Source: Candidatus Parcubacteria bacterium
GTDB lineage: Bacteria > Patescibacteriota > Minisyncoccia > SURF-38
Length of the DNA stretch: 64,000 nucleotides
Assembly (NCBI GenBank): GCA_003599335.1
Contig: QZJN01000014.1
Location: 1,432 to 65,431, forward strand
Direction: 5' to 3'
The position numbers and the translations under genes are program-made. Shown here in pieces: positions 17,486 to 27,256 of the stretch (positions are counted from its first letter, which is position 1; each line of letters opens with the position of its first letter). The notes below the pieces were generated by a model. It had not been told where the DNA came from and did no database searches. It saw nothing but the letters and a program-made list of their open reading frames with translations.

Positions 17486-19028
17486 CTAATTTTTTATTTT
17501 GTTTTTTATTGTAGTTGAATTTAGGGTTGTCTATAGGATAAATGCCCTCATCTTCGGATATAGTTAAGTTCCTTAAATACTTTGAGGCAGTTTCGGGAGT
17601 ATTGCCGTTATATTTATAACCATTACTTGAACGATAATTTACTTTATCAAGTTTATTTGCGACGATTTTTTTATATTTTGGATCTATATCAATACCAATA
17701 TAATTTCGTCCGAGGCGTTTTGCGGCAAGCGCAGTTGTCCCTGCTCCAATGAATGGATCTAACACTACATCCCTTTCATCTGTAGTCATGAGTATCAATC
17801 GTTCCAATAAAGGTTCTGGGAGTTGGCATGGATGAGCGTCTCTCCGAGCGTTATGCCGAATGCGGTGTATATCTGCCCACACATCGCTTAAAAGTGTTCC
17901 ATGAGGGTGTATTTGGTTTTTCTTCCCCCCATAATCTTTAATCATTTCTCCGCAGATCCTGCATTTTTTGTGAGGTGATCTTAATTCATGAAATTTAAAT
18001 CCTTTCTGAGTTTTTGTATAAAATAAGATGCCATAATGTGCGGGTAATAGCGTTTTTCCAAGAGGCGTGCTCATTGAATCCCAAGCAATCCAGTGTTTAA
18101 ACACAGCAATTTTGTTAAGATGGTTAGCATAGTAGGTCAACCATTTTGGTATATTATGAATAAAGATTGAGCCTGTTGGTTTAGTTATTCTAACCATTTC
18201 GGTTAGCCACAACTCACACCATTTTATATAATCATCAGTTGTTTTTTTGTCTTTATAATTTCCATACTTTTTATTTAAGTTGAATGGCGGGTCTGCAAAT
18301 GTCATATCCACCGAGTTATCAGGGATCTTTTTCATTTCACTAATAGAATCTCCGCACAGGATTTCGTTCAGAGGAAGTTTTTTGTATTGTTTAATATCGT
18401 GTTTAATTTCTGGCAAAATGATAGGAGTTGTAAATTCATCTCGGATAACATCAATGACTATCCCTTGGATAGAAATATCCTTATCTTTTTTTATGATGAT
18501 TGGCTCCATGCTTTTGTTTGCCGGTTGTAATCTGATATGGCCGCGCTCTTTATAGAATTTCTTTAGGGTTGCTTCCTGATTGTCTATGAGGGCGACAACT
18601 TTTTGGCCGTTTTCGGCTGTGGCTTGATGTTTTACTAAAATAATATCTCCATCATTAATATTTTCATCAACCATGCTATTGCCAATCACTTTTAAAGCGT
18701 AAATCTCTCCGGAAGAGGGGAGTTTGTTTTTTGGCACGGCAATAGTTTCTTTTTCTTGAACCGCCTCTATGGGTTCGCCAGCCGCGATAGTGCCAAGGAG
18801 TGGAATTTTAACCATCGACTCCGTTTCAGTAATATCTATTGCCCTGTGTTGATTCCAGCCTCGTTTTAAATATCCCTTTGCTTGTAGCTTTGATATATGT
18901 TCATGAATATTTGAGGGGGAGGATAAACCGAAGTGGTCGGCTATCTCTTCAAGAGAGGGAGCGTACTGGTGCTTTTTTATGTATTTTTGGACGTAGTCCA
19001 AAACTTGTTTCTGACGTTTGGTAAGCAT
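17466..19028 (-). CDS. lexA: LexA repressor fused to an N4/N6 (beta-class) DNA methyltransferase
   Basis: LTKRQKQVLDY..APSLEEIA wHTH; IAAGEP cleavage site; GNSM and TLKKF catalytic residues; then FADPPFN and LDPFIGAGTT motifs; ATG at 19028. Confidence 0.9.
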   Translation of the reverse strand: MLTKRQKQVLDYVQKYIKKHQYAPSLEEIADHFGLSSPSNIHEHISKLQAKGYLKRGWNQHRAIDITETESMVKIPLLGTIAAGEPIEAVQEKETIAVPKNKLPSSGEIYALKVIGNSMVDENINDGDIILVKHQATAENGQKVVALIDNQEATLKKFYKERGHIRLQPANKSMEPIIIKKDKDISIQGIVIDVIRDEFTTPIILPEIKHDIKQYKKLPLNEILCGDSISEMKKIPDNSVDMTFADPPFNLNKKYGNYKDKKTTDDYIKWCELWLTEMVRITKPTGSIFIHNIPKWLTYYANHLNKIAVFKHWIAWDSMSTPLGKTLLPAHYGILFYTKTQKGFKFHELRSPHKKCRICGEMIKDYGGKKNQIHPHGTLLSDVWADIHRIRHNARRDAHPCQLPEPLLERLILMTTDERDVVLDPFIGAGTTALAAKRLGRNYIGIDIDPKYKKIVANKLDKVNYRSSNGYKYNGNTPETASKYLRNLTISEDEGIYPIDNPKFNYNKKQNKKLVSPTLF

Positions 19029-19049
19029 GCTTTTATTATAACTTAACAC

Positions 19050-19076
19050 CCGAAAGAAAACCGAAAGTTATCCACA
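19050..19076 (-). promoter_or_regulatory. Putative LexA box (TTCGG-N6-TTCGG on the minus strand) next to a perfect DnaA box
   Basis: Plus strand CCGAA-agaaaa-CCGAA at 19050-19065, directly upstream of the lexA fusion; TTATCCACA at 19068-19076. Confidence 0.65.
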
Positions 19077-19283
19077 CAAGAAATCATTGTTTGGCGTGCT
19101 GAAAAGTAGTATAATATAGGTAATTAAATAATGGTTAAAAGGGGCGCTCGCCCCGACTGAGGACCTACGAAGTAGATTTAAAGCCGGGGCAACCCCGGCT
19201 TGTTTATTACACGGTAAACCCTAGGTAATTAAAAGTGTTAGGCAGTTTATTTATAAGGCGAGATTGGTTTTAAAATAATCATC

Positions 19284-20621
19284 GTGGCCACACAAAATCC
19301 ATTCGAAATATTAAGGGAGCTAAGGGGTATAGAATGGCCAACCAAGACTGGCTGGGTTATTTATTCTTTTGCAATTTTTCTTTTATCCTGGTTGATCATT
19401 ATGCTTCTTAAGCAAATCGGTATTGCATTGGGACCGTTGTTGGTGGGATGGATTTTGGGTGGCTTGCAGGTTGCCCATTTTATCGCGTGGGTTATGAAGA
19501 GAAATTTTTTTTATGATCCAGATGTTTTAACAATTGCTTTTGCGGTCGCCACAGAAGAAGCTTCACGCAGCTATTATAAAGAAATAAAGAAAAAGTTTCG
19601 AGAACAAATTACTGCTCATAAGCTGCAAGATGATATAAAAGTAAAAGAATTGCCAACCGATGTTAACTTTACTGATGCAAAATCAGCCGAGGCCTTTATT
19701 TTAAAAAGAGGAATAAGGCTTCTGGTGTGGGGTAATACAACAGAAGGAAATGTTGTAAATATTCCATTTTCTCAATTTAATATTCAAATATCCTATCAAT
19801 ACAGAGCTCTTAGTAAAGTAAGACAGGAAGAGTTTAAAAAAGACATTAGAACTGCAATCCAACGAAGAATGTGGGGAGTTCGTCAGTCAGAATCCTTTTT
19901 ACATCTCGCCGTTGTTTCTGGAAATATCCTGGAAATTAGTTTATATACACTTGGGGCATGCCTTGCGACAATACCGCGAGTAGATTATTTGTTAAGGTCT
20001 ATAGATATATTTGAAAACCTCCAGAATTTGCTTAAAGAGCGTAAACAAGATCTAAATTTTCCCAACCTCCAAGCTGTTAAACAAAAAACACGTTCTTTAC
20101 TTCGTGACGCCTATACCTTTTTAGTATCTTACTACATGGACTCTAAAGATTTAGATGGGGCAACTAGATATGCTGGTAAGGCGATAGAAATTGACGAGAA
20201 TAATTTTATTGCTCATCAAAACATGGCCAGACTCCAATGGGTTAAAGGCAATAAGGATCAGGCAAGCTTTCATACAAAAAGAGCATGGCATATTAGGCCT
20301 GGACATCCACTCCCAAGATTTAACAAGGCTTTTTTTCTTATTATTAATAGAAATTATGAACAGGCTTTAAAGCAGTACAAAAAAATTCGATATGTAGGAG
20401 ATACTAGTATAGTCGATGTTATAGAGTTTTTAGAAAGCGAATTTGATAAAGCTAAAGATAATTTGGGTCTTTTATTTATACCTGGATGGTTAAATATCCA
20501 GTATGCTGATCAAGTTAGGGGAGTTGCGCAACTCGAAAAGTTTCTAAAACTAGCAAACAATGATTCTATATATTCAGTGCTTATAGCAGAAGCCAGTAAG
20601 ATTCTTTCTTCTAGAAACTAG
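19284..20621 (+). CDS. Membrane-anchored TPR-repeat protein
   Basis: Two N-terminal TM helices; C-terminal TPR-like helices (ATRYAGKAIEIDENNFIAHQNMA); AT-rich. Confidence 0.7.
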   Translation: MATQNPFEILRELRGIEWPTKTGWVIYSFAIFLLSWLIIMLLKQIGIALGPLLVGWILGGLQVAHFIAWVMKRNFFYDPDVLTIAFAVATEEASRSYYKEIKKKFREQITAHKLQDDIKVKELPTDVNFTDAKSAEAFILKRGIRLLVWGNTTEGNVVNIPFSQFNIQISYQYRALSKVRQEEFKKDIRTAIQRRMWGVRQSESFLHLAVVSGNILEISLYTLGACLATIPRVDYLLRSIDIFENLQNLLKERKQDLNFPNLQAVKQKTRSLLRDAYTFLVSYYMDSKDLDGATRYAGKAIEIDENNFIAHQNMARLQWVKGNKDQASFHTKRAWHIRPGHPLPRFNKAFFLIINRNYEQALKQYKKIRYVGDTSIVDVIEFLESEFDKAKDNLGLLFIPGWLNIQYADQVRGVAQLEKFLKLANNDSIYSVLIAEASKILSSRN

Positions 20622-20665
20622 AATTTTCTAATCGGCTCGCACGAAGTGCGAGCTGTTTTAGTTTG

Positions 20666-20682
20666 ATACTTATTTAAATACG
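20666..20682 (+). repeat. 17-bp direct repeat, right copy
   Basis: ATACTTATTTAAATACG, identical at 16568-16584. Confidence 0.8.
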
Positions 20683-20798
20683 GGTTTCCCGCAACCTTTC
20701 AATGAGATTAGGATAGCCGTTTATTTGTTTTACAGCGCTTGAGGTTTCATAACGGTTCGACAAGCTCACCATAAAATGGTTTAATGCCTTATTGTTTT

Positions 20799-22007
20799 AT
20801 GACTCCACACGCTCAACAGGCGGGATTTTCAGGGCTTGGCATTGCGCCGGCATTTTTGGATATACTTGTAAAATTGAATTTTAAAGAACCAACGCCCATT
20901 CAGCGCCAAGCTATACCGGTTGCCCTTGAAGGGAAAGACGTTGTCGGTATTGCGCAAACGGGAACGGGCAAAACTCTTGCTTTTGGCATTCCGATGATTC
21001 AGCGGCTGCATCAGATAAAAGGCAGGGGGCTTGTTATTTTGCCCACGCGCGAGCTTGCGATGCAGGTTGACGAATCGTTGCAAAAAATCGGCAAAAGTTT
21101 GGGCCTTCGCACCGCCGTTGTTATTGGGGGAGCGTCTATGCATTTACAAATCCAATCGTTAAAGCGAAATCCGCATATTATTATTGCAACGCCAGGCAGA
21201 TTGAACGATCATTTGGAGCAAAAAACGGTTGTGCTTCACGATGTCCGTGTCGTGGTGCTTGATGAGGCAGACAGAATGCTTGATATGGGATTTGCTCCGC
21301 AAATCAAACGGATTTTGCATACCGTGCCCAGGGAACGGCAAACCATGCTTTTTTCAGCAACAATGCCGCCTGAAATTATGAAATTGGCAACCGCGCATAT
21401 GAAATTGCCCATTCGAATTGAAGTTGCCCCGCAAGGCACAATGGCGGATAAAGTAACGCAGGAAATTTTTGTTATTGCGAAGGATTCAAAAAACCGCTTG
21501 GTGGAAAAATTGTTATCCCAATATCCAGGCACGACGCTTATATTTACCCGCACGAAATACGGGGCGCGAAAGCTTATGAAAGCAATTCATTATATGGGGC
21601 ATTCTGCCGCAGAGCTTCATTCCAACAGATCGTTATTTCAACGAAAGGAAGCGCTTGAGGGATTTAAATCGGGTAAATACCGCGTGTTGGTGGCAACCGA
21701 TATTGCAGCTAGAGGCATTGATGTTTCGGGCATTGAGCTTGTGATTAATTACGATTTGCCGACAAATTCCCAAGATTATGTGCATCGCATTGGGCGAACA
21801 GCCAGGGCCGGCGCAGGAGGGCACGCGATTTCTTTTGCAACGCCCGATCAGCGAAGAGAGTTGGAAGATATTGAACGGATGATAAAACAGCGTATTAGCA
21901 TTTCAAAGCTTCCCGAATTGCCGCCAGATCGAATGCCCCGATATCAATCGCGCCCACACGGAGTTCAACAGGCGCGTCCAGCACGCAGATTTCACAGATG
22001 GAGATAG
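20799..22007 (+). CDS. DEAD-box RNA helicase (RhlE-like)
   Basis: Q motif PTPIQ, AQTGTGKT, PTRELA, DEAD, SAT, ARGID, HRIGRTAR. Confidence 0.95.
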   Translation: MTPHAQQAGFSGLGIAPAFLDILVKLNFKEPTPIQRQAIPVALEGKDVVGIAQTGTGKTLAFGIPMIQRLHQIKGRGLVILPTRELAMQVDESLQKIGKSLGLRTAVVIGGASMHLQIQSLKRNPHIIIATPGRLNDHLEQKTVVLHDVRVVVLDEADRMLDMGFAPQIKRILHTVPRERQTMLFSATMPPEIMKLATAHMKLPIRIEVAPQGTMADKVTQEIFVIAKDSKNRLVEKLLSQYPGTTLIFTRTKYGARKLMKAIHYMGHSAAELHSNRSLFQRKEALEGFKSGKYRVLVATDIAARGIDVSGIELVINYDLPTNSQDYVHRIGRTARAGAGGHAISFATPDQRRELEDIERMIKQRISISKLPELPPDRMPRYQSRPHGVQQARPARRFHRWR

Positions 22008-22140
22008 GGAGTGGCGAGTAGCACAGCTTATAGTATTTGGTAATTTTATTTTTGAATAAAAAACCGGGGTGTGAGTTTGGGTTGCACACCCCGGGGGCGT
22101 CGCTGCGGTTGGGGGCCGCTAGTTGACGGGGGGGAACTGA

Positions 22141-22893
22141 TTAGATTTTCCACCACGGTTGGGAGATACAGATAAAGAATACCGCGAGGGAAAGGAGGAG
22201 GAAATAGACAGCAGTCCAGAACCAGCGTTGTTTGGTTGTCATGGCGAGGCGATGCTTACTCCCGAGGTGCTCGTCTTCATGGGCGTTTTTGCGAAGCCCA
22301 TAAACAACAAGCAATCCGGGTACTGCGAAGGTTTGCGCGCTGGCAAAGACCGCAATGCCAAAGATTGCAACGGCTACAACGGTGAGCGCGTGAGCAACCG
22401 GCATATCTTGATGTTCCGGGATGCTGTCGAAGAGCGCTTTGGCAAACAGATGCCCGTCGGTTTCCCACAGGGGGAGCAGACAAAAAAGCATCAGCGCGCC
22501 GTTGAAGTTGACGATCTTGGAAAGCTCCTCATTCGTTAACAGCCCGGATTGATTAAGAATGGTGCTTGCGCAGACGATTAGGGCGTTGCCGATGAGGCCG
22601 ACGAGAGCAATTCCCGAATAACGACTCCAGTGCACTTGATAGATTTTTTGGATTTCCGTTTTGAACGGCACCGTTATGCCTCCAAGTGGATGAACTAGGG
22701 CATAACTTTTCATGCCGACGGATTCAAAAGCGAGAAGGTGAAATAGCTCATGAATACCGATGGCAAGGGTGATGGTTGTGGCCATGAACCCGGGGTTGTC
22801 GCTTTTAAGCAAAGATCCCAGGAACCAAAAAAGATGCCAAGTTACAAGACCGCTTCCTCCAAGGAGGAATAGGCCGAGAGCAGTCTTTTTCAT
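22141..22893 (-). CDS. Site-2 (M50) intramembrane metalloprotease-like protein
   Basis: HELFH in a TM helix, LLPLWETDG (variant of NxxPxxPLDG); SD AAGGAGG; TTGACA/TATAAT promoter at ~22977-22950 on the minus strand. Confidence 0.7.
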   Translation of the reverse strand: MKKTALGLFLLGGSGLVTWHLFWFLGSLLKSDNPGFMATTITLAIGIHELFHLLAFESVGMKSYALVHPLGGITVPFKTEIQKIYQVHWSRYSGIALVGLIGNALIVCASTILNQSGLLTNEELSKIVNFNGALMLFCLLPLWETDGHLFAKALFDSIPEHQDMPVAHALTVVAVAIFGIAVFASAQTFAVPGLLVVYGLRKNAHEDEHLGSKHRLAMTTKQRWFWTAVYFLLLSLAVFFICISQPWWKI

Positions 22894-23032
22894 TAGCTTT
22901 CCTCCTTGTTGGTGTAGAGTGCACGGAAGCTTTTAACTCCCGATGACAATATTATAGCATTTTAATTTTACTTGTCAAGTTTAGATAATTGTTTTCGATT
23001 GATTTTTAAGATAAAATTTTAAAGCAAAGCAA

Positions 23033-23539
23033 ATGGAATATATTGATATTATTAATGAAAAAGATGAAGTTGTTGGCAGGGCGAGTAAAGACGAAATTTA
23101 TGAAAAATTACTGCCTCATAGGATTGTTCATATATTGATATTCAACAAAAAAGGAGAATTGGCTTTGCAGTTGCGGAGCGCCAAAAAATCTTTTTGCCCG
23201 TTGCATTGGAGCACGGCTGTTGGCGGACATGTGCAGGCCGGGGAGGCATATGAACAAGGGGCGCAGAGGGAATGCAGGGAAGAAATTGGAGTTTCTGTGC
23301 CGATGAAATTTTTTGCGAAAGACTGGTATTTTGACGAAGTTCGCGAGCTTAAAAAATTACTTTGCACTTTTACTGCTATTTTTGACGGAGAGATAAAAAT
23401 TGAACCTGAAGAAGTTGAGAGGATTGATTATTTTCCTTTGGCAAGGGTTTATGAGATGATGGAAAAAGGAGAGAAATTTCACCCCGAACTTTTATTTTTA
23501 TTGAACAAACACTCAAAACAATTAACCAAATTAATATGA
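23033..23539 (+). CDS. NUDIX hydrolase (IDI type 1-like)
   Basis: LPHRIVHILIFN, GGHVQAGEAYEQGAQRECREEIG Nudix box. Confidence 0.88.
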   Translation: MEYIDIINEKDEVVGRASKDEIYEKLLPHRIVHILIFNKKGELALQLRSAKKSFCPLHWSTAVGGHVQAGEAYEQGAQRECREEIGVSVPMKFFAKDWYFDEVRELKKLLCTFTAIFDGEIKIEPEEVERIDYFPLARVYEMMEKGEKFHPELLFLLNKHSKQLTKLI

Positions 23540-23937
23540 AAGGATACAAAGGATATATTGCCAATATTGAGGAGGAAACAAAAAAGAACAAATATTTTCG
23601 CCAAGTGCTTTATACCGGGCCAAACAGCCAGTTGGTTTTGATGAGCTTAAGACCCGGAGAGGAGATTGGCGAGGAGGTGCACGAGCTTGATCAGTTTATC
23701 AGGGTTGAGCAGGGAGAGGGCAAGGTTGTTTTAAACGGAGCCGAAAATGAATTCAAAGAGGACTTTGCTGTTGTTATACCCCAAGGCACGAGGCACAATG
23801 TTATAAATATAGGCTCGGTTGATATGAAGCTTTATACGATTTATTCGCCGCCGGAACACATGGACGGCACGATTCATAAGGCAAAAGCCGATGCTTTAAA
23901 AAGTGAGGAGCATTTTGACGGGAAAACGACTGAATAA
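23536..23937 (+). CDS. Cupin domain protein
   Basis: QLVLMSL.PGEEIGEEVH..DQFIRVEQG, KLYTIYSPPEH. Confidence 0.9.
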   Translation: MKGYKGYIANIEEETKKNKYFRQVLYTGPNSQLVLMSLRPGEEIGEEVHELDQFIRVEQGEGKVVLNGAENEFKEDFAVVIPQGTRHNVINIGSVDMKLYTIYSPPEHMDGTIHKAKADALKSEEHFDGKTTE

Positions 23938-24014
23938 TAGAGATAAAATTGAATAAGTCTTTCTAAAGGGCTAAACTATAAGAAACCTTTAATCATTAAT
24001 TTTTTTAATAATTT

Positions 24015-24434
24015 ATGGTTCCTATTAATTTTTGGGCGGTTTTAGGAGCGGCAATTGCTTCCATGGTTGTCGGGATGCTTTGGTATGGACCTTTGTTTGG
24101 AAAGCAGTGGATGGCGATGATGGGAATAACTAAAGAAAGCATGCAGACAATGAAGATGACTCCCAAATCGGCGATGACCGGAGGGTTTGTTGCCTCTTTG
24201 GTTATGAGCTATGTTTTGGCCCACTCGTTGGTTTTTGCCGAGGCTTATCTTGGAACAAGCGGAGTTTCGGCCGGGCTTTCGACGGGATTTTGGAATTGGC
24301 TTGGATTTGTTGCGCCCGTTACTTTAGGAGTTGTGCTTTGGGAGGGGAAGCCCTGGAAGCTTTGGTTTTTGAACGGGAGTTATTATCTTGTTTCGCTTTT
24401 GGTGATGGGAGTTATTTTGGCTGTCTGGAAATAA
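24015..24434 (+). CDS. DUF1761 family membrane protein
   Basis: INFWAVL..GMLWYGPLFGKQWM, WLGFVAP. Confidence 0.85.
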   Translation: MVPINFWAVLGAAIASMVVGMLWYGPLFGKQWMAMMGITKESMQTMKMTPKSAMTGGFVASLVMSYVLAHSLVFAEAYLGTSGVSAGLSTGFWNWLGFVAPVTLGVVLWEGKPWKLWFLNGSYYLVSLLVMGVILAVWK

Positions 24435-24451
24435 ATTTTTTTATAAGTTAG

Positions 24452-25468
24452 ATGCTGATTTTTTTCTTAGCCGCTTTTTTGGCCGGACTTTACAGCGTTG
24501 TTAAGGGCGCCTCTATTGTTGTTGGTAATTCGGCGGCACTGGCTCGGCATTTTGGAGTTTCCAATTTGATTATCGGACTTTCGGTTGTTGCTTTTGGCAC
24601 AAGCATTCCGGAGCTAACGATAAATATTTTCTCAAGGGTTGATATTTCTTCGATTGGCATTGGCAATGCCATCGGCGCTTCTATCGCCAATATGGCATTT
24701 ATAATCGGTCTTGCTTCGATAATGGCGCCCGTGCATGTTAATGTTCACGCCATTCGTAAACAACTACCCCTGGTCGTTGTTGGAATATCGCTTTTGATTT
24801 TGGTTGTTGGGGATGTTTTTGGAGGCTCGGGAGAGATAACTTTTATTTCAAGAAATGAAGGAATTATATTGCTGATATTTTTTGGATTTTTCATATACAA
24901 TCTTTTTTATCAGGCGATTAAAGAACATAAGGTTTTTGAGGATCACAAGGAAACGGCCATAAGAGAAACGGCTCAAACAATTGTTAAAAGAGTTGCTTCT
25001 CACGATGAATCGGAAAAGAAACAGATTTTTCATTACGTTGGTTTTCTTGTTTTGGGGCTTGCAATGATGATTGTCGGGGCTTATTTCGTTGTTGAAGGGG
25101 GAAAAATAATTGCTCTTACCATGGGGCTTTCCGAGACTTTTATAGGGCTTTTATTTGTTTCTTTAGCAACGACGACTCCCGAGCTTGCTACGGCATTGGC
25201 GGCGGTTAAGCAGGGGCAGCCGGACATTGCAGTTGGCAATGCTATTGGCAGCAGCCTATTTAATTTATTGGCAATTGTCGGTATTGCTGCTATTATTACG
25301 CCGGTTGGATTTGAGGCTCGTCTTATTTTTGACATGCTGGTTTTGCTTGGTTTTGTACTTCATTTTTTTACGGTTGCCGAAACCGGCAGAAAAATAACAA
25401 GAAAGGAGGGCATAACCCTCGTTTTCTTTTACATACTTTACGCGGTGATAATATCCGTGAGGGGATAA
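24452..25468 (+). CDS. Ca2+/Na+ antiporter (YrbG family)
   Basis: Duplicated alpha repeats GTSIPEL / ATTTPEL and GNAIG. Confidence 0.9.
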   Translation: MLIFFLAAFLAGLYSVVKGASIVVGNSAALARHFGVSNLIIGLSVVAFGTSIPELTINIFSRVDISSIGIGNAIGASIANMAFIIGLASIMAPVHVNVHAIRKQLPLVVVGISLLILVVGDVFGGSGEITFISRNEGIILLIFFGFFIYNLFYQAIKEHKVFEDHKETAIRETAQTIVKRVASHDESEKKQIFHYVGFLVLGLAMMIVGAYFVVEGGKIIALTMGLSETFIGLLFVSLATTTPELATALAAVKQGQPDIAVGNAIGSSLFNLLAIVGIAAIITPVGFEARLIFDMLVLLGFVLHFFTVAETGRKITRKEGITLVFFYILYAVIISVRG

Positions 25469-25489
25469 AAATTATTTAGAAATTTTATT

Positions 25490-27256
25490 GTGTCTGATCA
25501 GGTACAAGATATTAAAAACAGGCTTGATATTGTCGAAATTATAAAGGGATATCTGCGTCTCGAAAAATCAGGCATTAATTTTAAGGGGCTTTGTCCTTTT
25601 CATAACGAAAAGACTCCTTCATTTTTCGTTTCTCCTTCAAGGCAGATGTGGCATTGTTTTGGTTGTTCCAGGGGAGGAGACATGTTTGCTTTTATTCAGG
25701 AAATTGAGCACGTTGAATTTGCCGATGCTTTAAAGATGCTTGCCGATAAGGCCGGTGTCGAACTGAAGCATGAAGACAAGAAATTAAAAAGCCAACGTCA
25801 GAAGCTTTATGATGCCCTGGAATTAAGTGCGAAGTTTTTTGAGAGGCAGCTTGAAGGTAATAAATCGGTTCTCGAGTATCTTAAAAATAGAGGCCTGAAA
25901 GAAGAAACTTTATCTGAATTTCGGGTCGGTTTTTCGCCTTCGCAATGGGATAGTCTTTTTAAATTTCTGAGAACAAAAGGATTTTCCGACAGAGAAATTG
26001 CTCAAGCCGGCCTGACTGTAAGTAATGCAAATGATTCAACTAGATATTACGATAGGTTTCGCGGAAGAATAATGTTTCCGATTTTCGATATTTCCGGCAG
26101 AGTTATCGGTTTTGGCGGGAGAGTTTTTGAACAAGGAAATCCGGGAAAAGAACAGGGGCCAAAATACGTTAATACGCCGGCAACGCTGGTATATGACAAA
26201 GGGAGGATGCTTTATGGCTTGGATAAAACAAAGATGGAAATAAGAGAGAAAAACGCGGCTGTTTTAGTTGAGGGTTATATGGATTTACTGATGTCTTGGC
26301 AAAGCGGAGTTAAAAACGTTGTCGCTTCTTCGGGAACTGCTTTAACACCAATGCAACTTGATATCTTAAAGAGATTTTCAAACGTTATAAACATTGCTTT
26401 TGATGCCGATGCGGCGGGTCAGAGCGCAACCAAGCGTAGCATTGATCTGGCTATGTTGAAGGGTTTTGAAGTAAAAGTTATAGAGGTTGGCGAGGGGGTT
26501 AAGGATCCTGCGGAGTTGGCGCAAAAATCTCAAGAAGCCTGGCAAAAGGCTGTTTTGAAAGCCAGACCAATTATGGAATTTTATTTTGAGGCCACCTTGA
26601 AGAAATCTAACCCGAATGTAGTTGAGAATAAAAAAATTATAGCAGGGGAACTTTTACCGGAGATAAACAAACTTCAAAATTCTATTGAAAAAGCTCATTG
26701 GATTGCCGAATTGGCCTCGCATCTTAAAATAAAAGAATCTGTTCTGGAAGAAGAAATGAAAAGATCTCCCATTGAGACAATCAGCGAGGAAGCTGCGCAG
26801 GCTTTTGGCGAGCCGCTTAAAAGAACAAGGGGAGAGCTTCTCTTGGAAAGGCTTTTGTATCTTTTGGCTTCAAATCCACAGGCCAAAGAGTCCGTTGATT
26901 CAATTGAACTTGGGGGGCTTGCCAAAACAGAGCTTGGGGGTTTATTTTCAAAGATCAGAGAAAACAACGACTTTTCGGAAGATGATAAAGCAAGGCTTGA
27001 TTATATAGTTTTTAAAAATGAGGTTTTTGATAAGCCGCAGGAGCCCGAAAGAGAGATTAAATTTTGTCTTGATGGTCTTAACACCATTGTTTTAAAGGAA
27101 GAACTTAACAGGCTTGGTTGGGAGATTAAAGAGGCGGAAAAAAAACAAGAAGTAAAAGAGGTTGCCAGACTGGTGGGGGAATTTAAACAAAAATCAAAAA
27201 AATTGGGAGAAATTTATGGCTCAAACCAAATTAAAGGCCAAGAAAAAACAAGCTAA
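25490..27256 (+). CDS. dnaG: DNA primase
   Basis: [15 protein letters not shown] Zn finger, [22 protein letters not shown] and DADAAG. Confidence 0.97.
   Translation: MSDQVQDIKNRLDIVEIIKGYLRLEKSGINFKGLCPFHNEKTPSFFVSPSRQMWHCFGCSRGGDMFAFIQEIEHVEFADALKMLADKAGVELKHEDKKLKSQRQKLYDALELSAKFFERQLEGNKSVLEYLKNRGLKEETLSEFRVGFSPSQWDSLFKFLRTKGFSDREIAQAGLTVSNANDSTRYYDRFRGRIMFPIFDISGRVIGFGGRVFEQGNPGKEQGPKYVNTPATLVYDKGRMLYGLDKTKMEIREKNAAVLVEGYMDLLMSWQSGVKNVVASSGTALTPMQLDILKRFSNVINIAFDADAAGQSATKRSIDLAMLKGFEVKVIEVGEGVKDPAELAQKSQEAWQKAVLKARPIMEFYFEATLKKSNPNVVENKKIIAGELLPEINKLQNSIEKAHWIAELASHLKIKESVLEEEMKRSPIETISEEAAQAFGEPLKRTRGELLLERLLYLLASNPQAKESVDSIELGGLAKTELGGLFSKIRENNDFSEDDKARLDYIVFKNEVFDKPQEPEREIKFCLDGLNTIVLKEELNRLGWEIKEAEKKQEVKEVARLVGEFKQKSKKLGEIYGSNQIKGQEKTS

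Noticed and set aside
19157-19185. Hammerhead ribozyme suggested by CTGAGGA plus a small stem
   Set aside because: The required GAAA after stem II and the stem I/III pairings are missing.
10628-20700. Integrase-driven island or prophage inserted at tRNA-Ser
   Set aside because: No integrase or phage structural genes, and I did not find a duplicated tRNA 3' end.
20635-20770. REP-like snippets (GCTCGCAC-gaa-GTGCGAGC and GGTTCGACAAGCTCACC)
   Set aside because: Single copies in this window with no associated transposase, so a repeat family cannot be supported from this sequence alone.
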